A stretch of 62,838 nucleotides of DNA, the filler included, from Circinaria calcarea (Eukaryota): assembly GCA_051942165.1 (NCBI GenBank). It is 43 parts of 43 records of this genome, joined end to end, with 100 filler letters (N's around TTAATTAATTAA, not from the genome) between each part and the next. Parts side by side here need not be neighbours in the genome. Positions count along the whole stretch, not along the records: positions 25,008 to 26,373 come from JAVECS010004823.1; positions 26,474 to 27,839 come from JAVECS010004824.1; positions 27,940 to 29,304 come from JAVECS010004825.1; positions 29,405 to 30,769 come from JAVECS010004826.1; positions 30,870 to 32,232 come from JAVECS010004827.1; positions 32,333 to 33,695 come from JAVECS010004828.1; positions 33,796 to 35,158 come from JAVECS010004829.1; positions 35,259 to 36,621 come from JAVECS010004830.1; 35 more parts are not named here. The stretch is one strand, 5' to 3'. A program made the position numbers and the translations under genes. The first letter of the stretch is position 1; each line of letters opens with the position of its first letter. The notes beneath the pieces were generated by a model. It was not told where the DNA came from, searched no databases, and was given only the letters and a program-made list of their open reading frames with translations. Below, piece by piece: positions 25,372 through 37,158 of this stretch.

Positions 25372-26373
25372 ATGTTTCGTGCACTGGTACCCAGGGCGAC
25401 TTCGAAACCCATTCTGCGACAATCACATACCATTCCCTCAAGCGCATTCGCCCCTCCAAGCTTCCGCCTCGTAAAGCGTTGTTATGCCACGGAAGCCGGT
25501 TCTTGCCCTCTCTTCCTTTCAAATCTCAAGTCTGATGTTCAGCAGAGGAACATGATCTAGTCATCATAGGAGGAGGGGTTGGGGGCTATGTCGGCGCCAT
25601 AAAAGCAGGTCAAGAGGGCATGAAGGTATGTCACCAAAGGACGGTTGAGGTTGCCGGATCACTCACATATCGAAACAGGTAGCATGTATAGAGAAGCGTG
25701 GTGCCCTCGGCGGAACCTGTCTGAACGTCGGCTGTATCCCTTCGAAATCCCTCCTGAACAATTCCCACCTATACCATCAGATTCTACATGACTCCAAGAA
25801 GCGCGGTATTGAAGTTGGAGAAGTAAAATTAAACCTAAAACAAATGATGGCAGCAAAGGACACTTCGGTCGATGGTCTTACGAAGGGGGTGGAATTCCTG
25901 TTTAAGAAGAACAACGTCGAATATATTCCCGGCACAGCAGCATTTTCGGGAGAGCATGAAGTGAAGGTAAATCGAATAGATGGCGGCCAACAGACTTTGA
26001 GAGCGAAGAACATCATCATCGCTACAGGGAGCGAAGCCACGCCATTCCCTGGCTTGAAGATTGACGAGAAAAAGGTGGTTACCAGCACGGGAGCTATTGC
26101 ACTAGAGCAAGTGCCAAAGAAGATGGTAGTCATTGGAGGAGGTATCATTGGCCTTGAGATGGTGAGAAAACACTGCAGAGAGAAGTTTGGTGATAAGGGC
26201 CTGTTCGGATGGCTGACTCCGGACCGGTAGGGCTCGGTTTGGTCACGATTAGGCGCTGAAGTCACTGTGGTTGAGTTCCTAGGCCAGATTGGTGGACCAG
26301 GAATGGACGCTGAAATATCGAAAAGCACACAACGGATATTGGCAAAGCAAGGGATCAAATTCAAGCTTAATAC
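25372..26373 (+). CDS. LPD1: Dihydrolipoamide dehydrogenase (E3), 5' part; introns 25499-25542, 25626-25678, 26162-26230
   Basis: Mitochondrial presequence, [21 protein letters not shown] redox motif, [19 protein letters not shown]. Confidence 0.97.
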
Positions 26374-26608
26374 NNNNNNNNNNNNNNNNNNNNNNNNNNN
26401 NNNNNNNNNNNNNNNNNTTAATTAATTAANNNNNNNNNNNNNNNNNNNNNNNNNNNNNNNNNNNNNNNNNNNNCGGAGGGATCACATATCTTAAAAACGT
26501 AGAAGTTAGAACCTCAGCATAGAGAAAAATCTTCACACCTCTGGATATAACCGAACCCCTGATTCTTTAACACGCCGGGGGGGGGGATGGGGGATCGTTG
26601 AGGTATTA

Positions 26609-27235
26609 CTAGTCTGGACCATCAACTCGCATTCACTAGTGACTCGTAATGCTCAAACCTTAAATCTCGTAGGAAACCCACATAATTCTTTCATGCACAC
26701 CTATTTTCAGTACAACCACAAGGGAAACCATGGCACAAATTTAGGCGGAAACTTGGCCTATAGAGGACAGAATCAAACATGGGATCAATTTAGTTAGCGA
26801 AAGCACGTATGGTACTGAATTCTAAAATCAGCTGTAATACGCGGAGGCTTATTAAATTAAATAAAGCACAGCGGTCAGCAGAAATTCAGGCTAAAAGATA
26901 CCTAAATGCACTGAAAGCAATTGGAAAGGAAGCAGCGAAGGCTGGCATAGTACTACAATAGCGTATGAATTGGCAGCGCAGCGAAATATATGCAGTTGGC
27001 AGCGAAGTGGCAAAACGTGCAATTACTTGGGAGGAGCGCATTAAGCATGGCGTCTACACCAAAAGTATAAATTACGTGTTTACAGTGATATAGAGCTATA
27101 GACTTAATTCACATCATGTATTATCTTCATCACATAATAAATCATTACGAGTTGTGATATTTGTAGGTTTATTTCAAGTTTTTAAATTTTCGAGTTGCGA
27201 GTCGCTAGTGAATGCGAGTTGGTGGTCCAGACTGG
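26609..27235. mobile_element. Non-autonomous Tc1/mariner-type DNA transposon (627 bp, 41-bp TIRs, TA TSD)
   Basis: TIRs 26609-26649 and 27195-27235 match 37/41; TA flanks both ends. Confidence 0.88.
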
Positions 27236-27465
27236 TAGAGCGAATAGGAATAAGTGCGTCTGATTACCACAGCGTTGTTTCCCCCGCTTTTTTTTTTCCA
27301 TTTTTTTTTTAATACGTTCTAATTACCATATAATATTCGCTTATTTTTGGCTGGTTCGGGTAATGCCGGGTTTTCACCCCCGGAACCTTCCGTGGAAGGA
27401 AAACGGAAACATTGTGTATTGAAACCTGCATTTTAAAAGTGAAAACACTATGCGATCTACACCAT

Positions 27466-27839
27466 TGTTAAGACACTAGAGGAGCGTGACCAAAGAAGCC
27501 CAGGGGAGGCGTATGATGAGGTATGCTCCCGAGGATCCTTGTGTAACGGATGGGAGCATAGGGAGCACAAGGCTTGGCATGCTCCCAGAGATCCCTGTGT
27601 AACGTATGGGAGCAGTGGGAGCGGAGGTGCTACCCCTGTCTCATGGGATCTATATAACCACAGTCCTTTCCGTAGTATTTGACCTGTGTGGTCAAGACCT
27701 TACAAGTGTAGCAATATACTTCTATTGTCACTCATTACTTGCCAAGTGATTGGTATAGAACCTTAGTGCATATTACAGAGTCCCCGCCTTATACCAGTGA
27801 CTAGCATTGCCTTTGCCTAAGAAGCTTAGGGACGTAACA
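27466..27839 (+). mobile_element. LTR (374 bp) of a retrotransposon, ending at contig edge
   Basis: TGTTA...TAACA termini, internal ~45-bp direct repeat, TATATAA at about 27651, downstream CAATATAC; TSD not checkable. Confidence 0.7.
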
Positions 27840-29156
27840 NNNNNNNNNNNNNNNNNNNNNNNNNNNNNNNNNNNNNNNNNNNNTTAATTAATTAANNNNN
27901 NNNNNNNNNNNNNNNNNNNNNNNNNNNNNNNNNNNNNNNCCCCCCCTTTGGCTTTTCGCCACTTTTACGAAAACTAATACACGTTACAACAAAGATATCG
28001 AAACTGTTTGCGTTACAACCATTGAATTATTTACCGCCTTGATACAAGTATTAATTACCATGGAAATCTCTCCCCCCTGCCGAAATTTTTATATTCAATT
28101 TACTTGTAAGGGGTGTGCTAAGGAAAAAAGCTAGACTGGTCTAAGTAAGGGATAGATAGAGTCACTCCGTGGCAGCACGATTTACCAGAGGTTGTAATCT
28201 TGGTCTGTTGTTTACTCTGTTGTGTGTTCTATAAAGCATTCCTATTTCTAAAAAGCGAGGAATAATAGCCTTGCTTATATAGATTGGTTTTGCTTAGATG
28301 GCTTCCCACTGCCAAAGTGCCCCTGAGCACCCCTGAGCCAAACCCCCATGCTCAGACGGCTCTTGCTGCCAAAGTCTCCTAAGCAATCCTGAGCATCGGG
28401 CGGTGTAGTTCCCCCGCAATCCGGTGACACATGTCAGTAGTATGGCATAGCGCCATAAAAATTACCCTTTTTGTAATTTTTTCCAAATTTTTTTTTTTAA
28501 TTCCTCTCTTTGGAATAAACCAGTTTAACCGGGTTCCCTCGACACCCTTTTTTTCCTCCCTACATGGGAGGTTCTTAAATTCCAACCCCTTTCTCTATAT
28601 TTTTCTCTAAGGGGGGAGGGAGTGCCAAGACAAAGACCCGGGGACCAGCACAACCCAGGATGCGCAAAACATCCCTTCTCCCCCTTTCTTCCCCTTTAAA
28701 AGTCCAAAAACTCTAAAGGGAAAGCCATGTAAATTAAAATGAACAAACGAACCACTTGCAAAAAAACCCCCTTTCTGTTGAATGGAGAGCCAAGCATACT
28801 CTATGCCGAACTCTATACCGAACCTCTATATACGGAAGTTCTCTACCACCCGCATTAGTAGTAGCGTGGGTTGCAGAGTTTTCCCCTTAACTTCGCACTT
28901 TGCGAACTTTAGACCTTACACGCATAAAACTTAATATATCGATCATTGCGTACACATTGAATACCGCCTTAATGCATTGCTCAAGTCTCTCCCCGCTATA
29001 TATTCAATACTTTCCCCCTTCCCCCGGTGGCGAGAATAATTGCCATATTGCAAAAAAAACCCCCTCATCCGAAAACCCAGGATGTCAAAAAAAAAAGACT
29101 ATTCTTGGGGATTAAATTTCCAAGATAGGCCGACTGGACTGGACTGGACGGAAGAG

Positions 29157-29237
29157 GATTTTAGATTTTAGATTTTAGATTTTAGATTTTAGATTTTAGA
29201 TTTTAGATTTTAGATTTTAGATTTTAGATTTTAGATT
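29157..29237. repeat. (GATTTTA)n heptamer microsatellite, about 11.5 copies
   Basis: Perfect tandem repeat. Confidence 0.97.
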
Positions 29238-29404
29238 CGCGATTATTCTTTTCTGTAGGAAGAAGGATTTAAAAAAAGGAAAAAGTAGCCAGAGGGGGGG
29301 GGGGNNNNNNNNNNNNNNNNNNNNNNNNNNNNNNNNNNNNNNNNNNNNTTAATTAATTAANNNNNNNNNNNNNNNNNNNNNNNNNNNNNNNNNNNNNNNN
29401 NNNN

Positions 29405-30769
29405 CGGGGAAGTAAAGGAATTGTACTCGGCGGGTGTGCATCGCACCGGGCGACCCTCGAGTTCCGTGACCACCATTCCGCCAATGAGACGCGTGAAGGG
29501 GTTGAGCGGGTAGAGCCATTCACGCCAGAAGCGCGGGATGGAAGGCTCTGGTACTGTGACGCCGCACAGAAGACTGAAGATGATGATTAAAAAGGGATTG
29601 AGCAATGCTGCAATAAAAGAACTGGGGGTGAGCGCTGATATCATCTGACCCAAAGTAACGGAGAAGAGCTCGGTGATCAGGATCATAAGGAACTGGTAGC
29701 CCGCCCTGTCGCTAGCTTTTTGAAACCCGGGGATATAGTATAAGGGCAGGAAGAAGCCGACGGCACATATCAACGAGTAGGGCATCTCCGCTAGGACCAT
29801 GGATAGGGCGAAAGCAAATTGGCCGTAAGCTTTCGCTGAGTTCTCCCTGATATATGGGTTAGCAAGAAAATGTCAGCAATGCAGAGTTGACACTAACTTG
29901 TAGAAAATTAATCGAGAAAGGTCAAACTTAGGCTCTACCTGCGCAAGAATTAGAGTTGGCAGGACTAAGCTCTGAAAGATAACGAATATGCGGTACTGAA
30001 GTGAGGAACGGGAGTCGTCAAGCTGGAAATATATCAACCCAATGATCAGAGCAAAGGCGACGTGGTTGAATAGCCTTGTGAAGCAATAGGCTGGGCTCCG
30101 CCAGAAGGCCAAGTGCGTTCGCCGGTTAACAACCCAAATTTGATGCCAAAGCGGTGTTGCATATTCCTTCTGCTCCGTTTTGCGGTGCCCGCCGACGGCC
30201 TTGATACGCTGCTCTTTAATTTTGATGATTTCGTCTTTGGTATTTGCCAATTCTGAAGAGCTCCGCCATATCTCACCCCAGTCTCTGGCGCCGACTCGCG
30301 GGCTCGTCCCTGCACCGATAACATCAAGCATCCATTCAGCAGGATTCGCATCCGGTGGGCATGATGCGCCATTTCGTTGGAAATAATCCAGCAATACAGC
30401 GGCGTCCTTGCCAATCTCTCCAAAGTATACACATTCTCCTCCTTTTTGAAGTAGCAGTAAGCGATGGAAGCTCTCGAACAGTGCCGAGTTAGGCTGATGG
30501 ATCGTGCATAGAATCGCTTGGCCGGCAGTAGCTAACTTCTTAAGGAATCTGACGATGTTGAAGGCAGACTGCGAGTCCAGGCCTGATGTTGGCTCGTCGA
30601 GGAACAAAAGTAAAGCAGGCTTAGCAGCCAGCTCAACTCCAATGGTTACACGCTTGCGCTGTTCAACCGCTAAACCGCTGTCCGGATCTCCAATGATCGC
30701 ATCGGCAATGTCCTCCATTTCAAGCAAGGATATCACCTCTTCAACGTATGCATATTTCTCTTCCACTGG
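29405..30769 (-). CDS. PDR-type ABCG transporter, NBD2-TMD2 fragment; intron 29897-29847
   Basis: LAVEQRKRVTIGVELAAKP.LLLFLDEPTSGLDSQSA, CTIHQP, NPAEWMLD, WLYPLNPFT. Confidence 0.96.
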
Positions 30770-30869
30770 NNNNNNNNNNNNNNNNNNNNNNNNNNNNNNN
30801 NNNNNNNNNNNNNTTAATTAATTAANNNNNNNNNNNNNNNNNNNNNNNNNNNNNNNNNNNNNNNNNNNN

Positions 30870-31130
30870 GATGGGGAGGATGGGTCGTAGGGATGCGTGG
30901 AGGGGGAGAGGAGGGCGTTGAGGGCTTGGGAGATGGAGTCGTCAATGGTGCTGCGGGAGAGGCGGAGGAAGTCTGACTAGGAGGGATTGCCGGGGCGTTG
31001 GTTAGAAAGGTGTTGTGAAGGGGGGAGAAGGAAAGATGGGATGAGGGCGGAGGAAGGGAGGCAGAAACGTACCTCGGAGGGCGGTTTGGTTGAAGCAGAA
31101 TTTGGGCGTCAGAGGAGGTGGTTGGGACAT
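30870..31130 (-). CDS. MIX23: Mix23/Cid2 family mitochondrial IMS protein, N-terminus; intron 31072-30973
   Basis: MSQPPPLTPKFCFNQTALR/DFLRLSRSTIDDSISQALNAL. Confidence 0.88.
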
Positions 31131-31957
31131 TGTGTTCTGGGGTGGTGGCTTTGGAGGTGGTGCCTCCTGGGGGAGTTTACCGGTCGTGGAGGCCCAGAAG
31201 AAGGACGCCAGCTCGGATGTGGGTTGGGGGGGATGTTTTCGGGGACTCTGAGATTGTGGAAGTACTTGGGATATGTAGGGAGGTGGTAAGAATGAGAGGG
31301 TAGTGAGAGATTCACTCGCAGTTTGGTACAGGTGGACGGGCTTTTGGATGTTGGAAGAGTAGAAAAGTGGCGTACGATGGTTGATTTGATAGTGCATCGG
31401 TGTTTTAGAATCTCCGATGCTCTACCGGCTAGGCCCCGAGGCACAGACAGTCACCCCCCAGATTTAGGTTACCCGTACCCCGAGCCTACAGTGTGCAACC
31501 CCCACGAATTGTGATGAAGCCACTGGCGTAGTGGGATCGTCAATCTTGATCCTCCCCTGTCGGACTTTGCCAGCACCATGATCCCAATAAAACTAAAATA
31601 CGCCCGATTCCCAAATGAGATCACAATCCTAAGCGACGCGTCTGTTGACCGCGCGATCCAACGACTTCACAGATAATCGCTGTCCGGGAGAGTCTGGAGG
31701 AAAAATATTCACCAAGTTCGACCAGATTGTCGTATTTTCTCCAGAAGACATATAGAGAGGAGGTCGCTTCAGCTTCCTTTCCGTTTCTAGCTTCTTGCTC
31801 TTACGTACCGTTCTTTGAAGAGGGTCATCTGTATTTAGCTGCGTTCGCTTTTTGGTGCTTGTCCTGCGTCCCCTTTTGGCTCAGAGCTTCTGGAGGACAT
31901 TGTACAGAATTACAGCAGATTAGCCATCTTTCTACGGATTAGCGGTGGTGTGTCACT

Positions 31958-32215
31958 ATGCCCGAGATTGGGGAAGGTAAGATCCTCAGGGAACCTGTCC
32001 GAATATGAACGCGTTTCATACTAATCCTACCGTACAAAAGTCGCACGGATCGTAAATTATATTAAAAACCATCTGGTCGGCAAGACCCTTGCCGTCGTCA
32101 GGGCCCAGCATGACGAGAATGTCTTTGGCAAGGTTGGCACTTCGGCCGCCGAGTTCGAAAAGGCCTTGACAGGCAAGAAAGTCTTGGATGCGAAGCAGCA
32201 GGGAAAGTACTTTTG
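31958..32215 (+). CDS. Formamidopyrimidine-DNA glycosylase (Fpg/Nei family), N-terminus; intron 31977-32040; not in ORF track
   Basis: MPEIGE/VARIVNYIKNHLVGK...L.GKKV.DAKQQGKYFW: catalytic Pro2-Glu3 and GKY motif. Confidence 0.92.
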
Positions 32216-32607
32216 GTAGGACGCCTGTGTTTNNNNNNNNNNNNNNNNNNNNNNNNNNNNNNNNNNNNNNNNNNNNTTAATTAATTAANNNNNNNNNNNN
32301 NNNNNNNNNNNNNNNNNNNNNNNNNNNNNNNNCCCTCGATTGCACTGTAGCAGGCAGTTCATGCCACCATATACTCTCTCTCTCTTGATCCTTCCACCCT
32401 TCACCGGAGTTAGGAGAGACCCTCAAAACCCCCCCCGGGTTCTCGACAGCCGCGCCCGTCTTTTTTGCCTATACGGAGTAGATTAGGAAGGAGCCCATAG
32501 CAGAGCAGAGCGTAGCATACCATACCATACCATAGCAGAGCATACCATACCATAGCGGGAGCATTCTACCCCCGCTATTTCTCTCCCCTTCCACCCGATT
32601 TAGAAAC

Positions 32608-32646
32608 ACGACGGACTACGGACTACGGACTACGGACTACGGACTA
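32608..32646. repeat. (ACGGACT)n heptamer repeat in an SSR-rich non-coding contig (also (CCATA)n at about 32515-32555 and (ATCCCGA)n at about 33125-33197)
   Basis: Tandem repeats read directly. Confidence 0.85.
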
Positions 32647-33795
32647 TGAACGAGTGGAGTAGACTGTACCAGTATGTAGTTTTCCGCTTTTTTTGGCGAA
32701 CAACAAAAAACCGTCTTAACTATGTTATGGTATCGGTACTATAATTTTCCTCCTCCTCCCCCCCCCCTCCCCGGAAAAAAAAAATCTATACACACACACG
32801 CGCGCGCGCGCCTTTCTTTCTTTCTTTTACTCTACTCTCACTCTCCTCTCCCTCTCCCTCTCTCTCTCTCCCTCAAATAAATGGGCCCTGCGATCCCAAT
32901 GCAAGGTCTTTTTTTTTTTTGGAGAGAGAGAGAGAACTCTTGAGAGAACTCTCGAGAACTCACTCTTCTACATGAAGTGAAAGCTGTACCGGGATGGGGG
33001 ACTCCAAAAACAACCGGGACCGGACCGGAAGCCGAAAAAGGGAGAATAGCGAAAACTGAAAAGAAAAAACCACCCTTCCTGCAGTACCCATAAAATAGGC
33101 AAATTTTCTCTTCCTGAATCCTGGATCCCGAATCCCGAATCCTTCTTCCTTCATCCTTCATCCTTCATCCCGAATCCCGAATCCCGAATCCTGAATCCTA
33201 CGAAACGCATTAACCCCCCAAACCTGTCAAACGTACATACGGTACGGTACGCAATTTGCCCATTACCCATTGCCCGTTTTTCTCAAGGGGGTTTTTTTTT
33301 CCCTCGAGAGGAGGTACCTACCATAAGGAAATCTCAAAATGCCAGACCAGATTCGTTGGATTCCCATTTCACCAGCACACACACACCGCTTCCTTTTTTT
33401 CCCTCATAACGGTAGACCTTCTCCGCCTTTTTCTTTGTCCCTCCGGTCATGGCCCTTGGTACGGATAGACTGGCGGTAGATTTTTGCTACGTTTTGTTGC
33501 TGTGGCTACGTTGTTGCTACGGAGGGGGGGGGGCCTCATCACTGAGGGTTTCCAGGGCAGGCAGGAACCAATCAATCACTGCAAGGGGTTTTTGTCGTTT
33601 TCTGGGCCCGTTGGGCACTGGGGTAGCTGGGTATTTATCGTCATCTCCTCACTTTACGAAAAGAAAAAAAAAACCCCACCCCATCCCTCCTTTCCNNNNN
33701 NNNNNNNNNNNNNNNNNNNNNNNNNNNNNNNNNNNNNNNTTAATTAATTAANNNNNNNNNNNNNNNNNNNNNNNNNNNNNNNNNNNNNNNNNNNN

Positions 33796-35158
33796 TCCAA
33801 GTACTCTGGGTGGACACAGCATGTATTGTTCATCATGCCACTGATCTTTCTGATTCTCTTCATCATCGAATCTGCTTCTATAAATTGCTCTCAATCCTTT
33901 ATTTTCTCGGCATTCAAGACAGTCACATTCCATATAACGGTCGTCGGGCATTAGAGAACCCACACGTGGAACCGACGGACCGTAGCGGAAATAGGACTCA
34001 TAGTCAACCATAACTCTACCATCAACCTAGGCAAAGGTTAAATGAGCCATATATAATGCATTATACAGCTCACATTTGAGGATTTGGTCGCTGCACTACC
34101 TGAAGCCGTATGTGACATCCTCAAACGATTTAGAAGCTCCATCTCAGAGTCGAAATTTGAGGGCGGAATCGCATCATCCTAATTTTCAATTGTTAGGCTA
34201 TAAATGATACAGGCACGGATGAACTAACGTTGTCATCATTAATATGTACTCCAGAAAAGCCTTTCTTATCGAATATAATATCCCCGCTATATTCGAACAT
34301 TCGCGCACCTTGCTTTGCGGTGCAGAAGTCTCGAAAGCTGCGTCCCCGGTCAATTAAGCACTTTTTGATGGCTTCGTGGCATTCATTGAGTTCCAAAGGA
34401 TAATACGGCAATGACTTGATAGGCTTATGCCCGTCGAACCTGTCGATTATCAGCGATAGGGACAGTCGCTTGAACTTCTCCCCATTCCAGTCGTAAGTCC
34501 AGCATAATAGCCTCAACGAATTGTTTGGCCATGGTCTGAGGATGTCTTGGACAATAAACACTTGATCATCTCCCTGGAATGGTTTGCCATATATCAATTC
34601 ACCGGGAGGGAAGATTGTCCAGAGCGTTTCAAAAGTTATAGACTTTTGTTCTTTGTTGGACTCGCGTGTCTTGAAGTATTTGTCGAGTTTGAGATCACCA
34701 GAGCCACTAGCAATTGTACCAAGGAGGAGTTCCAAATCAGACCGAGCTTGCTTGTCTATTTCATCTCTAGGTTTCTCCTTGGTGGCCTGCTCAAGCCTTT
34801 CCCATTCAAAGATGAGCGCTTCGTAGGGTGAGTAGAGTGTTATAGGGGAAGCTGGGAAAATATGGTTTGGATGATGGCTCAGGTGTTCTTTGAGAAGGTT
34901 CCAGAGGCCTTGACTGTGAATTTCAATTTCCCCATCGTTACTGTCGTTTTCGTACACGTTCTTGCGTAAAGTAAACGCGTGAGAGGTATCTGTTCCCTGA
35001 GGAATTGTAGGCAATTGATCACTCGCAGGGCGGTCTTTGCGTTCGCCTGATGTGGTGTCGATCATGTTGATCAGAATTCTTGCACGGGGTGTAGAATTTG
35101 TCTCGTCTGCTGGCAACTTTGTCATGTTAACGTTGGCATTGATAGCGAACTTCGTCAT
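33796..35158 (-). CDS. Fungal AAA+ ATPase family protein, region N-terminal to the ATPase domain (DUF7025-like), partial
   Basis: ITFETLWTIFPPGELIY, F.G...I.SLPYYPL, LIDRGR.F, VDGRVMVDYESY, EQYMLCPPRVLG. Confidence 0.85.
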
Positions 35159-35258
35159 NNNNNNNNNNNNNNNNNNNNNNNNNNNNNNNNNNNNNNNNNN
35201 NNTTAATTAATTAANNNNNNNNNNNNNNNNNNNNNNNNNNNNNNNNNNNNNNNNNNNN

Positions 35259-35399
35259 CATGCTTATAGACCGTGTTCAATAGACTCCATACTATTGAGC
35301 CTAGGGCAACAGTTCAACTACACCCTATGTAACCGTGCTATCACCAATCGGGACTTAACATATTCCTCATTAGGCCCCAAGGATTGCAGCGCCCTTACA
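35259..35399 (+). mobile_element. 3' portion of LTR family A (truncated by contig start)
   Basis: Reverse complement of the TGTAAGGGCGCTGC... end seen at 35706, 57565, 60708 and 61290; ends GCCCTTACA. Confidence 0.88.
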
Positions 35400-35705
35400 C
35401 TAGGATGTAGGGCGATTAAAGGCTAGGGATTATAACTACAATGGAAGCGTCAATCTCGACAGATCATTCACTCCCCGTACAGCTCGTAATTGATCTAGCT
35501 GACTGGTTTTTTTTAGCCTACTCTGGCGAAGAGAAAAAAAGATTAGAGACGAGTTTATAAAACCCGTGCCAAAGGGGACGCATATTTCTCGCTCGATTTT
35601 TCAACGTTTAGCCCCCCGTCACTCACTGGCTTTCCATATCTATAATCTTTCGTTATATTTTAAACCAAAACCAAAACAAAACAAAATAAAAAGAAACCCC
35701 CCCCT

Positions 35706-36183
35706 TGTAAGGGCGCTGCGATCCTTGGGGCCTATTGAGGAATATGATAAGTCCCGATTGATGATAGTACAGTTATATAAGGTGCAGTTGAACTGTTGCC
35801 CTAGGCTTAATATAAAAGGAGTATATTGAACTCGTTATGGTTCTATAAACATACTGTTTTAAAGAGCGGGAATAGCCTGCTATATATATCGCCCAGAGCA
35901 CCGTCCTGCTCACTCCGCTCAACCTGCTCAGTCCTAAGCGAGAACTTCCTACTAGTCCGTATGGGGTATGGTGCCACGCGGGTGACAAAAAAGTTCGGAC
36001 GTTACCTATTTACCCACCGTAGTCGCTCGCGTAAAAGGGACCCCTAAATTTATGGTGAAGCCCCGAGCTACGGGGGTCTCAGGCCTGTTGTTAGTGGGCA
36101 TCTACGGTCGGCAAGTAAATGGGTAATGTCCGAACTTTTTTGTCACCCGCGTGGGTGCCTGGGTACGGAGTGGCGCCATAACA
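35706..36183 (-). mobile_element. Solo LTR, family-A variant, interrupted by a MITE
   Basis: TGTAAGGGCG...GCGCCATAACA termini as in the other copies; flanks CCCCT/CCCCC (5-bp TSD, one transition). Confidence 0.82.
35975..36153. mobile_element. 179-bp MITE with CAC...GTG termini, 39-bp TIRs, GGTGC TSD
   Basis: CACGCGGGTGACAAAAAAGTTCGGAC perfect for 26 bp, 37/39 overall; GGTGC at 35970-35974 and 36154-36158. Confidence 0.9.
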
Positions 36184-36721
36184 CCCCCTCCCCCACTTTT
36201 TCTTCTTCTTCTTTTCTCGGCCTCCTTATTGAAAGGAAAAGAAAAAAAAGTTTATAATTCCCCAAAGGCACCTACCTGGAGCACATTCACAAATTTTGAC
36301 ACTGGCCAAAGTCCCAAAAAAAAAAAGAGGCGAACCAAATAGAACCAAAAACAAAACGGCACGGCACGGCACGGCTGTGTTGTACTGATTGAATTGAATT
36401 GAGTTTTGCGGATAAGAGAAGAGAAGAGAAGAGGAGAGATTGAAAGATTTTATCAAAACTATCGTTTCAAACCGGGCGTCGGGCGACTAGACTGGACTAT
36501 TATGGGAAATTATAGTCGGTATAATAGGGAACAAACAAACAAAGAAGGGGTATCATAGCCATACTGACTGACTGGGTTAGGTTAGGTTAGGTTGGTTTGG
36601 GGGGGGGTTTTTGGTTAGGTTNNNNNNNNNNNNNNNNNNNNNNNNNNNNNNNNNNNNNNNNNNNNTTAATTAATTAANNNNNNNNNNNNNNNNNNNNNNN
36701 NNNNNNNNNNNNNNNNNNNNN

Positions 36722-37158
36722 AATAATTCCTGCATGCTGGTCGCGGGAGGCGGGTGCAAAGAGCCAAATTGCCGCTGGGCGATGCGTAGATAATACAGGT
36801 ATAATGGCCTCATTGAAGTTTTCCGGGCGGAAAGTGATGAAGCCAATCCCAATGGGAAGCGTCGATTTAGAGTCGGAAAGATCTAGAAGGCTTCTAGCTC
36901 GGGTGAGTTCGTCGGCCAAAGTGGCGATTTGGGTGGATGTTTGAGAAAAGTCGTAGCCTCCTCCAATGAACCCTAGACAGACTCGGTTAGGGTTGAAACA
37001 TAAATGCCCAAAAGTACATCAAAGTCACCGAATCCACCGGCCTTCGCCACCGCGATGGCGAGGTCAGCATTTGCAAATCCGAACATGGGCGCGTTGCAAA
37101 GGAACGGCGAAGCAGTCTTGGGGAACCACTCTAGGAGAGTTTTGCTCGATGAAGTCAT
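36722..37158 (-). CDS. Nitronate monooxygenase (2-nitropropane dioxygenase) family, N-terminus; intron 37028-36973
   Basis: PFLCNAPMFGFANADLAIAVAKAGGFG/FIGGG...LPIGIGFITF...PAAIWLFAP. Confidence 0.9.

Noticed and set aside
27268..27416. Second CAC-ended element (CACAGCGTTGTTTCC ... GGAAACATTGTG)
   Set aside because: Inverted match is short and gapped, and there is no TSD
31510..31600. Box C/D snoRNA starting at GTGATGA
   Set aside because: No box D or terminal stem at a suitable distance and no recognisable rRNA guide
35259..35860. Long inverted repeat suggesting a large TIR transposon
   Set aside because: It is two LTR-A copies in opposite orientation; the second has its own termini and TSD
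36574..36621. (GGTTA)n as a telomere
   Set aside because: Only about four units, degenerate, and not the TTAGGG expected in filamentous ascomycetes; one of many SSRs
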